A stretch of DNA of 64,000 nt from contig JAYWIR010000029.1 in assembly GCA_036172245.1 (NCBI GenBank), forward strand, positions 434,001 through 498,000. The letters are read 5' to 3'. The notes beneath the pieces were generated by a model. That model did not search any database, was not told the origin of the DNA, and worked only from the letters and a program-made list of their open reading frames with translations. Made by a program: the position numbers and the translations under genes. Positions 1 through 14,700 of this stretch are shown here, one piece after another (position 1 is the stretch's first letter; every line of letters starts with the position of its first letter). The stretch comes from Raillietiella orientalis. Its lineage: Eukaryota.

Positions 1-3000
1 CTTTTCTCCTATTTTCTGAAAATTACGTTCTTTTGGTCCTTTTCCAGCCTTCCACGAAGCGGGGAAAACATCACGCTCATTCCTGGTCACTGGCGTCGAG
101 CGCATCCTTCATCGTGGTTTGCCGGTGTTCTTTCCATTCCGAAACCACCTTTTATCGTACGACAACCTTTTCTGCAACCGCGCGTTGCTGTCCACCAATC
201 CGATGCTTGGTGTTAACGTGGACGAATCGGAGAGTCCCCGCTTTCCGATGCTCTTCCAATCGCGTCATTCATCTGGGAGGCATTTGGTTTCTTCGGATCG
301 CAAACGCCTCGGGTCGTGACCAAGCGGATTCGTCTCTTCATCGAAAAATGAAAAAAAAAAAACAAAAGAAACAAAAACACTGTCTCTTCGCGACAGTCGC
401 CGAATTCACTTTTTCGTCGGGAACCTTGTCCTTTGCAAACACGCGAATGCACCGAATCCTCCTCGGAAGGTAAGCTTCCAGAAGTCCCATCTCTCCTTCC
501 CTCAGAAGTCCACCTTTGTTCGTTCTTCTCCGGGGAGCTTCTCATACTCCTCGCCAGGGGCCCTTCGCGTGTCTCGTTGTTCCTGTGACTCTTGAACTCT
601 TCTTCATTAATTGTAAGCATGGACGACCGCTTTGGGTTTGTCCCTGTCACGCGCATGTTTCCCGAGATGGAAAGGAGATTCGGATGCTGCCCGATGATAC
701 GCTGCAACCACGTTCCTCGAATGAAGCAACTGTAGGCGTTCCTTCTCATCAGATCAGAGACCACTAACCCCTTGCATTCCTTGATCTGATGGACGGGGAT
801 GTTTTCCATCTCTTCCGAAGAAGCTTGTCGAGCAGGGATATCCCTGCTCCCCGAGGTTTGCGAAAGAGCCCTTGAGATTCTGTTTTTTCCGATTGCTCCT
901 ACGTGATTCGGCTGGCGTAGAGGTTCTCTTGACATTTTTCGTGGTTACGCCTATCCCTTTGGTCATCCTTCCATCCTCTTTCATTTTTTCTTCCCTCTGC
1001 CCCGATGGTGTTCTTTTACTCTGCTTCTCTCGCACAAGCAGCTTAGCGATTTACATCTGATGGAGCTCTCTTACAGTTTTATGGAAAGAGAATTCGTGGA
1101 AGCTTGTCAATCTAAAGGCGAGTGGTCTGAAGAGAACCTGCTGAAAACGGAATCAGCCTTTGGGATTTATCCAAAATTCCATCCAGCCTGCTGCAACACA
1201 CAGTCGTGTGCATCAAGAAAAAAAGGGTTTCTCTGATAATATGTTTGCTACCATTACTGAGATCAAAGATGAGATAAGTTAAGCTCATGGGCTCATGATT
1301 CGTGCCTTTGATCCGCCGTGTAGCATTCTCACCTTCCACGTTTCTTTTCCTGCCCCTAGCCTTTCTCAGTACAATAGAACCTCGTATAACGCGACGAAAA
1401 AATGGCCTTCTTTAACGCGGTGAATCAGCCCCGTACGACACTATCGATAGATTCTGATTTTGCGCCTTTAGGAAGAAAACGAACACATCATTTAAGTAGC
1501 TTGACTTTTGTTTTATTTAAATTTTTGTGAATAAAGTAGAGCAAGCAGATACGTTTTTCAACAACAGGAATGACAGAGCTCCGACTAGAGTTGTCTAAAA
1601 CTGATGAGACGTCAAGAAAACTCTAAAAGTTTTTTTTCTACTTTACCTTGCATAATAAATAAACACTGATAAGTAGCGTTTCTTTTTTCTTTGAAATGAA
1701 ATAACAAATATTCTACTGTTATGACGTTTAAGATACATTTTATATCTTCCATAAATAAGGTCATATAACCCATAGGCATCGTATAACGCGGCAGGGATCA
1801 CACTATCCACAAGTGACTGGCCAGTACTCTGAATCAGATTACAGATCAACCCAGTTTCCATATTCTCTATTATTGGCTCTCCATCCTCCCTCTTCTCTGT
1901 CCAATAAAGCCGTTAATAAAGCGTTTCTCATTCACGTCGTATCATCGTCATCACTTTTTCCTCTTTACCTGCATCTTATTTTGATCATCAGTACCACGAG
2001 ATGCTTGACTATCTCCATAAAGTCGGTGTTTCTCGGTGCTCCCGGAAGCACTCGACGATGCTACTTCCATCGCTTTGGAAATCAAAGTATGGAGCCCACA
2101 AGGCCATTTCCAAGGGCATCTGTCAGTTTCGATTTCCCCGTAGGAGTCTCCGAGAGGAAACTGAAACTTGTTTCACCGAAAAACATCTTTGTGTGTTGAT
2201 TGTTTGCGGGTCGGATCACCTCGAGTTCGAGGGGGTGTTCAGGAGGATTCGGAGGTGGTCTCCGCATCTCTCGCAACTAAGGAGACTCTCGAGCCACCCG
2301 TTTGACGCTTTCGGACTACGAGCGGGAATCTCGAATGTGGTTCCTAGGAGTGATGCTGTGTGTTAGAGATGAGCCACAAAACCGTTTCTTACGGTGAAGG
2401 CATCTGGAACGGAGGAATGAAGCTTTTCTTCTCGTCCAGCACTCGAATTCTCCGCCTCAGAGTTCACCCGCGAGCTATGGTTCTCCTACGGTCAAGGGTT
2501 TTTTTTCATTGTATTCATAGATATACAATAATGATATGAAGGGAAGAAGCAAAATAAGACACTGCCGTTTTCTGCCAGAGTCCAAAAATTTCAAGAAGGC
2601 CCACCGGCTCGCAGGTCGGCTAAGCGGGGCCTGCGGCTAAGTGAGGTCTGCAAATGCAACAATAAAATAAACAGTCAAATAAAAAGACAAGCTTGGGGGA
2701 GAGGGGGGGGGGGGCAGACTGGTCCGTTCCTTGCGTCCTCTGCACCAAGTTGAAAATGAGCGTACACCCTTCTTCATTCTTCTTACCGCATGTCCTCAGC
2801 ATGTAGGCGGTTAGTTGGATGGATGGCTTCCCTGGCTGTTCTGGCTCCGCTGCGTCGGTCCTTTGGAACGATTTCCGAGGTCACTGCGTCGGTCAGCAGG
2901 GTCGCTGAGACGAATCGCCAAGGAATCTGCGCGCTCCAGAAGGAAACACTGCTTTTGCCTGTTCCAAGAACTGGAAGACCAAGCTTAGTAAGATGTGCGC

Positions 3001-3090
3001 TAAGGACCGGTCTCCGTACGTTCTGCTGGATGGAAGGACCTTAAAGTCTTCATGCATTCAGATCGAAAACGGATCTTGTGGCAACTGGTC
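1..3090 (-). mobile_element. Cluster of decayed LINE pieces: gag-like (~1-1350), RT core (~1800-2490) and a 3' end with C-tract and A-tail (~2500-3090)
   Basis: GC-rich relative to the window. Degenerate motifs FTVRNG, EP..VSLVARD (SLYADD-like), GKS, LDREEGG and SLAHIL. The 3'UTR-like part ends in AATGAAAAAAAA on the minus strand. Heavily frameshifted. Confidence 0.45.
1370..1810. mobile_element. Possible Tc1/mariner (pogo/Tigger-like) MITE remnant
   Basis: TA-CAATAGAACCTCGTATAACGCG resembles pogo-type terminal repeats. A partial CGTATAACGCGG recurs at ~1780, but the right end is not a clean inverted repeat. Confidence 0.3.
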
Positions 3091-5614
3091 TGAAAACTGT
3101 ACCAATTGGTTCTTACATCGAACCTAACCAGTATTTCACACAAAAGAAGAGATATTACAAATGATATTAAGGTTCTTGAGCAGAATGAATAAAGAATGAA
3201 TCCCAGTTTTCATGAGAATGGTTCTTCTTCTCTTTTAAACAGTGCGGCGTTTCATAAGCAGTAATTCCTATTCGTCCAAAAGTGATTCTATCTGCAAGAA
3301 AAGAATATTTCTGCTGTCAGTAGTTGCATTTATTCCCCAGTCTTAAACGAAGGCAATAAGAGAAAGCTTGCATATACCGACAGGTTTTTCTTATTTCGGT
3401 ATTCCTTTGTTTTGAACTGCTATCAAGAGTTGCAAAAAAATTTTCAAAAATTGAAGAAAAAAGAAAAACACTCGAAGAGAAGATTGAAGAGAGTTTTTTT
3501 TTTTTGTAATTTTTAAGGTCGGCATTATTCGAGATTCTGACGGGATTTGATTTTTCGGAGGGCTGCCTCACGTGGCTCACTGAGGTCATTATTTCCTTGT
3601 TTTTGCATCCACTTTGGATTCAGCTCGTTAGCTAGTTTTTCAAGCCATTTCCACAGAGCGACTGCAATGTATTTAAACATAACTCTTCCGATGGAAATAT
3701 GCTGGAAGGAGCTCGCGTCCAGAACCTGCCTGTGAATCTCTACAAATTCCAGTTCATCGAAAGATGGAACGCTGTATATTGTACCTCACAAGAACGTGTA
3801 CCTGGGAAGCGAGTAAAATAAAGTGAGGTGCATGTGGGCATAAAACTCGAGATTTTGCTCATGGCTGTAGCCACCAGCTTAACGAAGTCAGCACGGATTC
3901 GTGGTCAGCCTCACATACACGCAATGTGTTCGTTCCTCGAGTGCACACCAAAATTCAGCACCCGACGAGGTGTGCAATGTTGGCGTCCAGAAGGTTTATT
4001 ACACTGGAGTGCATTGTGATTGATCTCACCATCATAAAATTGAATTTGTTTGTGGAGGGGGAACATTTCAAAGTGATTTGTTTATCAAAAAGTGACGGAA
4101 CTATTTTCTAATTCTTCAAAATTAACTGCTTTTTGAACAAGGCCCTCCCAGCTATATTTGAAGCGAGTTAGCCAAAGTTTTCAAATAGTTGAAAACCATG
4201 AACCAATATGATTTTAAAAATCAATACATTTAAAATTAAACAATTATCCAATTTCAAATCAAACCATAAATGAATTTTCAAGGCAAGCTTGCTGCAATTG
4301 TATAAACAACTGGATCTACTTCTATATTAAATATGGTGTCCTTGGATGCTACATATAAATTTCATCTTCATTATTCACCATCCTGCTAAGACTTGAAGAC
4401 TCAACAATAATGATGAATAATGAATGATAAACGATGAAATTTACTCTGAAAGAGACGTGAGTGCATTTAGAAATCCCCAAAGCAAGCTTTTCGTGTGTGT
4501 TTTGAAGAATTCCAGGGGGGGGAACGGATAACCTAGGATATGAATGTCTCACTCTCATTGAATATGGGATTATTTTTTCAAATTAGAGGCCAAAATAGAA
4601 GCTTTGGATCACTTCTTGAATCGCTGAGATTTGATCTTAACAAATTCATTCAAGATGGATGTGAAACAAATGTACAGGGGGATAATAAGAAAAAATGATC
4701 TACATTTAAAATCAATCTCTAATCTTATTCTGGTGATTCTCAGATTACATTTTTCTCCAATTACAGCATTCTGTAGATTTTTTGCCATCAGGACCAATGT
4801 AGTTAGATGAACAAATGAATGAATAAAATTTAATGTGCAGCTGTATGCATTCCCTAAATCTCTTGCATTCTCACGATTAGATCGCAAAGCATATACTGAA
4901 AATAACGAAAATCATTTCAACTGCAGTCACCCTAGGAGCATTTCCTTCAAAATTCAATTGGGGGAAAATCAATGGTTGTTTGAGAGTTAGAGATGATATT
5001 GCAGTATTGCCAAAAGTGAAAATTTAATACTTTTGTGAAAATAATGTTTTATTGTTTTTCGAATTGCGTCTGAAACCGTGTCGCAGAATTCTAAAACATT
5101 TTGTTGCCGACAGAGCAGTCGGTGTTTCGGATGCTGCATGCATGCAGTCGGCTGTGACGAAAAAAATCGTATATTTCCTATATGGATGCATAGATCATCT
5201 TGAAATACTTCTTTCGTAGGAAAAACAAAAGCAGACGAAGTGTTTTGTTCCATGCGGCGCTTGCATATAGTTAAAAACAGCAATTATTTCAAATGGCAAA
5301 GATCATTGCAACATTTGAAGTTTAGAAATGGAATGTATTTGCTGCTGGGCATATTTCAGAACTGGTTGTTCGTTCGTTTTTGGTTCTCTCCAACCACGTA
5401 TACACACAGGAAAAATTGTTTCAATACATTTCACAAAGTGCATATGAATGTAATTGGAAGGTTTCTGTGTGGTAAGCTTCGCGACGTTTTAAAGATGAAT
5501 ACGCATCGTGTAAAATTGGCTTTTCTTGTTCATGACAAACCCAATGTGAAACGTGTTTTTTTTTTTTTTTGCATTAACAAATTTCAAATTGAATCTAAGT
5601 GATCTCTCTTATAG

Positions 5615-8600
5615 ATTGCATCCTCATTATTTATATCCATCACCTTATTGGAATCCAGCTCTGCTTCCTTTTACACATCCAGCCTTGGCGCAAGCAGCAG
5701 TGACAGCTCCATTATACGATTATTCAGCAGCTGTTGCTACTGCAACAGCTGCAGCAGCAGCTTCTTATTCAGGACAATATCCTATAACTCCTCTGGATGT
5801 TTATCAGCTGAGCAACAGTTCACAAACAGGTGATAAGAAGAGTTCATGAGATGTAAATGGTTATAATGACTTTAAAATGATCAACCTTACTTGTAGAAAG
5901 GAAAATTTAGTTCTACTCGTAAGCTTGATTCAATACGAGCGCTATGAGAAACTTCTAAAAAGCAGATAAAAATAATTCTTGGAAACTGGAATATGGAGCA
6001 ATTCATTATTTAAATTATTAACTTATATATCTCTTGCTGTATGGCTAATGGAAACTTAGAAATAGCTTCACACATGAATGATGTGAACTGTGAAGCATCT
6101 GTACCTATATCACTTCAATAAGTGATTGTGAACAAAACAATAAGCATTTAACGAATAAATTTTATCTGCCGATTTTTTTTTTTAAAAAAAAAAAAAAATA
6201 TTTATTCTCTTGAATCCAAGCAGTGTAGTTTTACAATCAGGGTGTTGGATGAAAGAATGGATTCAATTAAGTTATTTGAACTTTCCACGCTTGATGCAAG
6301 GAGCGGAATTCGCAAGTAGTTGGAATGAATATTATTATTATTACTATTCAAGGGTGAAGAATTGCCCCGACTGGTCTTTATTTCAAAAATCACACTGTTG
6401 TCTTGAGCACCATCCTTTTCGTTTATTTAAAATCAGGGTTGCAAGGTGATTGCGGCACCGAAAGTCCTGTTGTTTTATCCGAGGGTTCTTTTTTTTTTTT
6501 TTTTTTCTCTCTTTCTTACTGCCTTCCCTTAGGTTTATTGAACTCATTTTTTCACTTGCAGTTTTTTCTTTTTTACACATGCATAGTAACGAATGGAAGT
6601 AGGTCTTTCAAAAGATCGTAATGAACTACGAATTGATTACGATTCACACTTTTCTTGGAAAATTAGTGACGAGTGATAGTCTTTTCAAAAAAAGTCTTAA
6701 ATTGGGGGGTAGCTCTCTAGAGTGGGGGGAAAAAAATAAAATAGAGAGAGAGAGAAAGGTACTTTCTCGAAATCGAAATTGGTTTCTTGGATATCACTGA
6801 TGTATTATTTTAAACTAAGGTTTTCCTTCGTCGAAATAATGCATTCAAACGATTACCTATATTATTTTCCAAGTCTTTCAGACATAAACCATGAGTCTGA
6901 AATAAATAAATAGGATGTATATCACTACTATATAATTTGTCTTTGTGATTTTATGGTTTCTGCCTTTGTTCCCTGATGTCGAAAAGCTCCATTTCCCCTC
7001 TTTATTCCAAAGTCAGTAGAATCTAGATATGACTTTTTGGAGCCCAATTTTTGGAACGAGCTGGACGATCACTTTGTAATGCTACATGAAACAGTCTAAG
7101 AAATTACGGCCAAAATTGGAAATATCTTCACTGCTATGCTGTTGTATTGCTCCTGTGGAGCCTGTTTCCATGTGGGATGAACACATATATATTTAGTTTC
7201 AGTAAGCATTGATATTCAATCATCCCTACCGTCTGCACGAACAGTTATGTGCTTTCAAAGAAAAACGTGCCGAGTAGGACGGTCTCGACGACAGTTTTCC
7301 ATCGACGGACTGCTTTACTATCCTTGATAGAAAAATCCTCTAGGATTTAGGTGGATTTTTAATGAATGCAGATGCTACTCTTTAGCCAACGGAAATCCTT
7401 TACTTGTTTTGATTTCCATTCGGTTTGACCTTGAGGGCATGCCCATCTGCAACGATGAAAATCGAGACTCAATTCATCTTGATGGCATAAGAATTTTTTT
7501 TTCAAACTCCATCCTTTGAAGGAAAGGTTTTCGCACGATTCATTGGTTTAATCATGAATTGGATTTCCCACAATTAAATCGGAGCTGAAAATTCACGGCA
7601 AAAGTTGGTATGCGTACACGGACCTAACACGTGTGATGTGCAAACCAGGTACACTTTGTTTCGTTGACCAGATGTAGTTGGCTGTGTTAGTTTGCTAGCT
7701 GGAAAATAGGTCCGAATCAATTAAGGCGGAGTCTCAAATATTCCTGGTCTTGCGAATGTTCCGAACCACACAATGTTTGCTCGATTTTCTTTTCTCGGGT
7801 ATTTTACAGTATTTGTTGTCCACGAATGATTGGAAATGCCCATAGCACGTTGTAGCAGTAACCTCGACCTTTTCTCCAAACAGTGAGCTACCTCTTGACT
7901 TTCGGGTCACGCAAGAGACAAGCAGTTGCGGATTTACTTATCCTTCCATGGATTTCATGCATATACACACACTCATCCATTCTTATTTCATATGTTGACA
8001 GTGTTTCACACTGCTTCCACACTGATTTTTCATGATGGAATCACAATCGGTTTCCCACAGGATTAAATTAGGCATTACACTTGTCGATAATGATTGTGAA
8101 CATACATCTGAAACGGTACGTCGAGAACGGCACTCAACATCTCATTTTCGGAATCATCCTTTTTTTGGTAGCTGAAACGCGAAGAGTGAACGACCGGTTG
8201 CAGAGATGACTGTTTCTTTTTGGAGCCTGTAAAGCTTAAAGATCCTAATGGCTGAGTGAACGTTACTACTAATTACTACGGGAGTATACACGAACGTAGT
8301 CTGTACACAAAGATGCTGGCAGACTCATCCAACGCGCGCACAAGAAGTCTGTATATGTCTGTGTCGCAAAAAATCGTAACCCTGGATTCAACGTAACGCT
8401 TTCCAAGATGACCCCGTAATCTTTCATGCTGCTCCCTCTTCGCGGAAGTCTTCTTCAGCCCCGGGAGGCGGCTTCGCGGCTGGCAGTACCCGAGGAGGTC
8501 CGTGGTTTCCATGGCTCCCTCGCCACTGCGACTGATGAGATGGAGCACACCAGGTGCTGCCGCCTCCTTGGTACATCTCGCGTACGATGGTTCCGACCCT

Positions 8601-10471
8601 GTAAGCGCGCCATTTTCTCGTCGCGAGTAATGCCAAACCGCAAACGCCATGAGCTGTGTACGATCAAACATGGGCGGAACAACATTTCGTGTCGAGGGAA
8701 CAGGTGTGCACGAATCCTCGCTGAGAGCAACTCCTGTTATTTTGCTTTCCTAGCCTAATGTGAATATGCGTTATTATTGATCAATAAAAGTTCAAAGTTG
8801 ATACGTTTTTTTTGCCAGAATCATGAATCAAGAGAGAAAATCTTTAGATTCGTAAACACGATGATTTCTAGTCGTTAAAATTAGTTTGCTTCAAAAGGTT
8901 GAAATGCGGCAGATTTTTAATAAGATGCAGCCATAGCAGAGTGAGTGACACTTATCTGTAGGTAAGCTGATCACAGGTAAGCTTATGCAACTTTAACTTT
9001 TAGCGACTTGTTGTGATGTTTGCTTTTCTTAATTTCTGCATAATCATATCCACTGAATAGTCTTGTTTGGCAATCACAAAAACAAAACAAAAACATTACA
9101 CTAAAAGTCAGTTTAACTCATCTAGTTTGTCTCAAGACCTCATTTTACTCATTATAGAAATAATTAGAGTCAATTAGAAATGCCCAGAATTCAAAACACA
9201 GATTACAAAAAAACACTTTCATCCATGATGTTGTGGCTTAGCATTAGTGAGTGTTGAAGAGTTGTTGTTTTCAAACTGTTTATTCTGAAGTGTTGTGGCT
9301 TTTGTTGATTTTATTTTTTGTATATGGTTTGCAGTGTATAACAGTTTTTGGATTAATGCATTGAATTTAACAATGAATTCTGAATTTTCTTCTTTTTTTT
9401 TTTTTGGCAATCATGTCGTTGTGCGTCCGTGCTTCCTGCATTAATGATACAGTCTTTGAAACCATAATTCTTTAATGCATGGGATGAAACAGCAAAGCAG
9501 TAATAGTAATGTGAATTCATTCATGGAAGTCTATGAGAATGCACACAAAAAAAGTGGTGTTGGCGATGCTTCACTTTCCATTCATCACTAAACATGGAAC
9601 TGATGTCTGTCCGAAAAAAAAAAAAAAAAATCCCTTTGCACACTTATTTAATTGGAGACTGAAAACTTTCAGATAACCAGAATTAGCTGTTAGAATTTCT
9701 TTTGAAAAAAATAAAAATAAAAATACACCTAAATAGAAAAAAAAAAAAAAAAAACCTGAAAAACGAAAGAGCCTACAAGAACGTACCAATTTTCGGCCAC
9801 CGTGGTGTGGCAGTTTCCAAACGGAAACCACCCTTCTCTCGATCGTGGCTGAAAGTTAGCCGGTAAGAGAAAGAATACGGCTGGGCTCTCTCATTTGATA
9901 AGTGCTTGCGTTGAATTCCGTGAAACCGACTCAAAGTCGGAGAGCATCCTGCTCGGTGATGTATAAAATCAAACTTTTTCAAACCGCTTTTCAAACTCAG
10001 AGAACAACAACAAAAAAAAAAAAGGCTCCATAAACAACGAATGTGTCGCCAAATACTGCTTTACATTTCTCAAGAGCATTAATTTGGACACTTTCCTAAG
10101 TAAAAGAAATCGATGTGCACTGAAGTGTGCCCGTGAATCCCGTGATCCACTAATGCTTCAAAACGAAATGAGGAATGGAAAGATGAAGAAAAAAATGTTT
10201 CATCTCATGTATTTCGAATAAATCCGAAAGCATTAATACTTATTATGAGTAAGACTGTATCAAACGGTGCATCGGGAAGAGCATGCTCTCGTAAGAAAGG
10301 ACATTTCTCAATGACTATCTTTTTATTTTGCTAGGAACGCAGACGCCGTATGCAGCTCAGAATTATAGTTTTCCACCGCTGTCTCAAAGTTTGACTTCTG
10401 GAATACCGGTGTCAATAGCAACACCATTCACAGCATCATCATCCCAAGCGCAAGATACATGTGTACCATAA
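5615..10471 (+). CDS. RBM24/RBM38-family RNA-binding protein, last two coding exons (5615-5829, 10335-10471); RRM exons presumably upstream of the window
   Basis: Exon 1 reads LHPHYLYPSPYWNP...TAPLYDYSAAVATATAAAAASY, resembling the post-RRM region of RBM24 (HYVYP...TPYIDY...poly-Ala). It has an AG acceptor and a phase-1 GT donor at 5830 that joins in frame to an acceptor at 10334, giving GTQTPYAAQNYSF...QAQDTCVP*. The RRM is not visible, so the family call is moderate. Confidence 0.65.
7000..8100 (-). mobile_element. Highly decayed retroviral-type integrase (LTR element or Ginger-like) in an intron
   Basis: Frameshifted traces FVDNKYCK..RK, FGP, NYI/LV, GNP and PQGQTE appear in integrase order. 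Confidence 0.3.
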
Positions 10472-11718
10472 CATACCTAGGATCGTAATAGCTATACTGA
10501 ATGATAAATATATATTGGATGAAGGGTCTATCGATCAATCTTTCTCGAAAATCACAATCAATTTCTATTTTGTGGAGTAATACATATATACTGAATTTTG
10601 AAGAAAGAACGTTTTCCATAGTTTCTTCGCATTTCTGCATAAAATGAAAGAAAAAAATTGATTACTCCATTCCCCAGAATACCTGGAATACTCCTAGAAA
10701 AACACACTTGAAATTATAATTCATATGCAAATATATATATATAAAATTATAATTCGTACACAACGATTCGATCCGATGTCTTATATATATATAAAGTTAG
10801 TATCATAAGCAAATTAAAATGGATTCAGATTTATTGTTCGCCAGACAAATCAAATTAATTTCGTCGTCTCCTGGATGATGAAAAGTTGATTCTGATGAAA
10901 ACAATTCATTGCATTTAAAAACTGGAGCTCCTACAATCATGTCGTCGTGATTTCAAATCGAGTTTCATGGCATAAACTTCGATCATATAGAAGTGTGTGT
11001 GTTTTTTGTCACTCAACACGAGGAGGAATGAATCCCGGTTATCAGAACAAAGAGTAATCGAGGGTTCACATGAGAATAAAAAATTGCGAACATGAGATGC
11101 AAAGCCACACCGAGAACTCAACAGGTTAAGTTCATCGAAAATAACACGGAAAAGCATATCTGCTTACACAGCTCAAATAGTTTGGTCGGAAAACTCAAAC
11201 AAACCTCCGAAAAGACCACAAAATTCTTTTCGCATCTTACAGAAATGGAATTTACAATAGAAACAGACTTTTGACAAGATGATGATGATACTGGCCAGTT
11301 TTGACTTGGGTTTCAAATCTTCGAGAAGATTCAGTCAAAGAATGCAAACACTTATACGGATTGTTTTCACACTAGTCTTTTAAATAAAACATATGAAAAA
11401 CTTAATCTCATCACGGCGACTCTGATCTTCATTTCGATAAATTTACTTTTGGAGCTTTCTCTTTGTTCTTCCATGAAGCAAAATTCAGAGGATTTTGGCT
11501 GCTGAGGTGATTTACAGCCTTCCTAATGTGTAAAAATTTCCAAAATTCAATCTGTAACATCCATTTCGGTACGATGTAAATCAGACTAATACTAAGGCCA
11601 ACCTCATCACTCAGTTTGCAATATAGGAAAAGATTCTTTATTTACTACAGGGGTTTCGGGCAAGGAACTTTTGGATCTTGAAAATAATGGCTGATTAACA
11701 GAAGTGAGTAACACACTG

Positions 11719-14700
11719 TTACAGATTTCTCATAAGCAGCATTGTGTTTATTTCCCAAACAATACTTCTCATATGATCAATTAATTCCTTGAGATGCCTG
11801 TTTCGACTTATGATTTGCTGGAAAAGAAGGAAACCAAACTTCAGAAATCAGAACGCTTACAAGAGCGTAGAATTGATACATTCGCTCAAATTATGCCAAT
11901 CAAAATAGTGGTAACATGCAAAAAGTAATAACATGAACTGATAAAAACCTTTGTGATGGTAACGGTGATTTCTCATGGTTTCAAACAGAAATTAATCGAC
12001 TCAATTCATTGTCGTTTCAGAAAAATACAACAGAATGGCACTCCATCGCTCAGGCAAACAGTAGTGTCACACAATATGTTCATTCACGTATTTTATATTT
12101 TGAAAATATTAAAGAATTACTACTCCTGTTTTCAAGTAGCTATCTATATATCACATATACATATTTCACATACTGATATACATACACGGCATAAAGAGAT
12201 TCAAGATTCCAAAATTATTTTCGTTCTACTGAACGAAGAGGATTTAAGTAATTCAAAAGATATGTGCAAACAGACCTGAACAGAGTTACTCATGTTACTT
12301 TCTATCCATTTGGACGCGCAACTTTACCACATCTTAAGGATATAAAGATAGTCGAGGATATAAAGACATCCGTAACATAAATTTGACATAATATAGAATA
12401 CGCAGCATTTGTAACGTAAAATCAAATGAACATTCAGCTATTCAAAATTAATGAACATTCACACGCCAAAGCCACCGAATTTCCGTTGTTATTTTTAAAA
12501 AAACATCCAAGATACGAAATATGAAAAAAAAAACAAAAGGAAATAATAATGCGATCACGCAAATTCTTTGGGAGCAGTCGGTAGCACTGCGCATCAAGAA
12601 GTTAACGGCTGAGGATGATTCACAAATGGTTGTTCAAACTGATAAGTATAATTGAAAGAATGAATTTTTTCGGAAAAACTTCATGGCTTATTTCGTAAAA
12701 TATTTGTAGTAATTTACCATGACGCAATCAAATAAATACATTCCTTTACCTGTTATTCAGTTGTATTAATTAGTTATCTATGTTGTTTCAGAACAATTAC
12801 ATTGACATCTGTTTTTATATATTTACACATTCTTTGCTAATTTTAAATGATTTTCAAATGGAAGCTTAAATGCCCTCACGTGCCTATAATTTCCACTTAT
12901 ACACTAGTATTCTTTATGTCACAATGGAAAAACAGTACTGTGTCTATTCATAATCATACACAAACCTCCATTATTTCCTTGTACTCTTCAGTGACCTGGA
13001 GGTATACGTCTGTCAGCTTATAATTCTCCACTGCCTTCTGATCACTAATGGAAGTACCTTTTATCGGAAGCAACAACTTTGATGAAATTATGCAGTGATT
13101 AGATGGCAAATCCCACAACAAAAAAGTGAATTACTTGCAATGGTGACTGTTCTATTCCAGAAGTTCCTTCAAGACAACGATTATAAATAAACCTTAGCCT
13201 TTTGAAATGTAGCTTTACACTTTTTAAGCCTTCTTGAATTTTTGCTTTCTTCTCATTGCTTAGGCTGGTATTTAGCTGCATAGCATTTGGAAGCTATAGG
13301 AATAGATTATTCTTACTATAATCCAATACATGTACTTAAAACGATACTTCGGTATTTTAAAGAACCTTTTGAAATATGACAATTCTCTCAGCACCAATAA
13401 AATATCAATTTTCAATCTTAAAATAAATGACATATTTGATAAAAATTCGTAACTAATCATTGCATCTAAAACTTTATAAATTACAAGTATGGATACTACA
13501 CTGATCATTTGAATCCTGAAGAAAAAAAGACGGAAAACAAATGCAGTTAAATGGATTTTAGGCAAAAAAAAACTAATGGAATATTTCAATATCAATAAAC
13601 AATCTTTATGAGAGGGTTTTCTCTCTTTCTAAGACTTTCCCCCTTTATAAGAGGGAAAACCCTCTTATAAAGACTGTTTATCGATATTGAAATATTCCAT
13701 TAGTGCTTGTGTACAAGTTTGACATCTGCATGCAAATGTCAAACTTGCATTACGGAACAATCAATTTCAGTCTCAAGTAAAACAATATGTATTTATTAGG
13801 AACACCATATTCATACAGTTCCCACCCTAAACTGCATCAAGTACTTTTATGAAAACAGCTGCCAAAGATCAAATTACCGTTTCTGTTATTTCATAAAGTT
13901 ACTTTATAATTCAAGGATCACACATGGACAATATAAAAATGGGACTGAAACGAACAGACAGTTATTACATAATCAGGAGCTAGATTTTTATTCTTGAAAA
14001 TTCACTCAAAAGAATATAACTAACACACTCTTTTAAAAATATACTATGGATGCAATGAGAAAATCTCCCATTCCCCTTGAAAACCCCAAATCAGATCCAT
14101 GTTTCCAAAGATATTATTTTAAAAAACTCGTTTCTTTATAGAGATTTTCGAATTTGCAACCTATTTTACCTTTAGAATGTTTGCATTATTTTTTTAGCTC
14201 TGCACTACAGAGCACCCCACCAATTATAGCGAAACTGTCAATAAATTCATTACATCTTATCTCTCCATTATCAAAACTAGCATAAGCACTATTTCTACTT
14301 ATCTTATTAACATAACTCGACTAACTATTTCAACAAATTATGTGGACATGAAATGCATATGATTTAATTCTATACAGTGGCATACACAATATCCTATGCC
14401 TAGTGCCAGAAATGCAATCAACACAAATTATTGCAATACTATCAATCAACACATGCAATGTAAACATTGAACTTGTTTCACAGAAATAATTGCTACAGCT
14501 GTGCTGTGCCAACCTATCACTTATTTAATTCATGCTTAAAAACATGCCCCAAAATGTAACCTTGATGCTAAGAGCACTTCAAAAACAAGATTCATTAGTC
14601 TCTGAAAAGATCTACCAATGTGATAAACTTTTCAATAAAATATGCTGGTTAATGTACACTTCTACAAACATATATCAATATCGCTAAGCTGCAACATTGG

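Noticed and set aside
1586..1625. Hammerhead-like CTGATGA...GAAA with a TAGAGT/ACTCTA stem
   Set aside because: No stem I, no proper stem II, and the cleavage-site base would be G.
3895..3930. RGQPHIHA as a second HUH motif
   Set aside because: No flanking Rep motifs were found.
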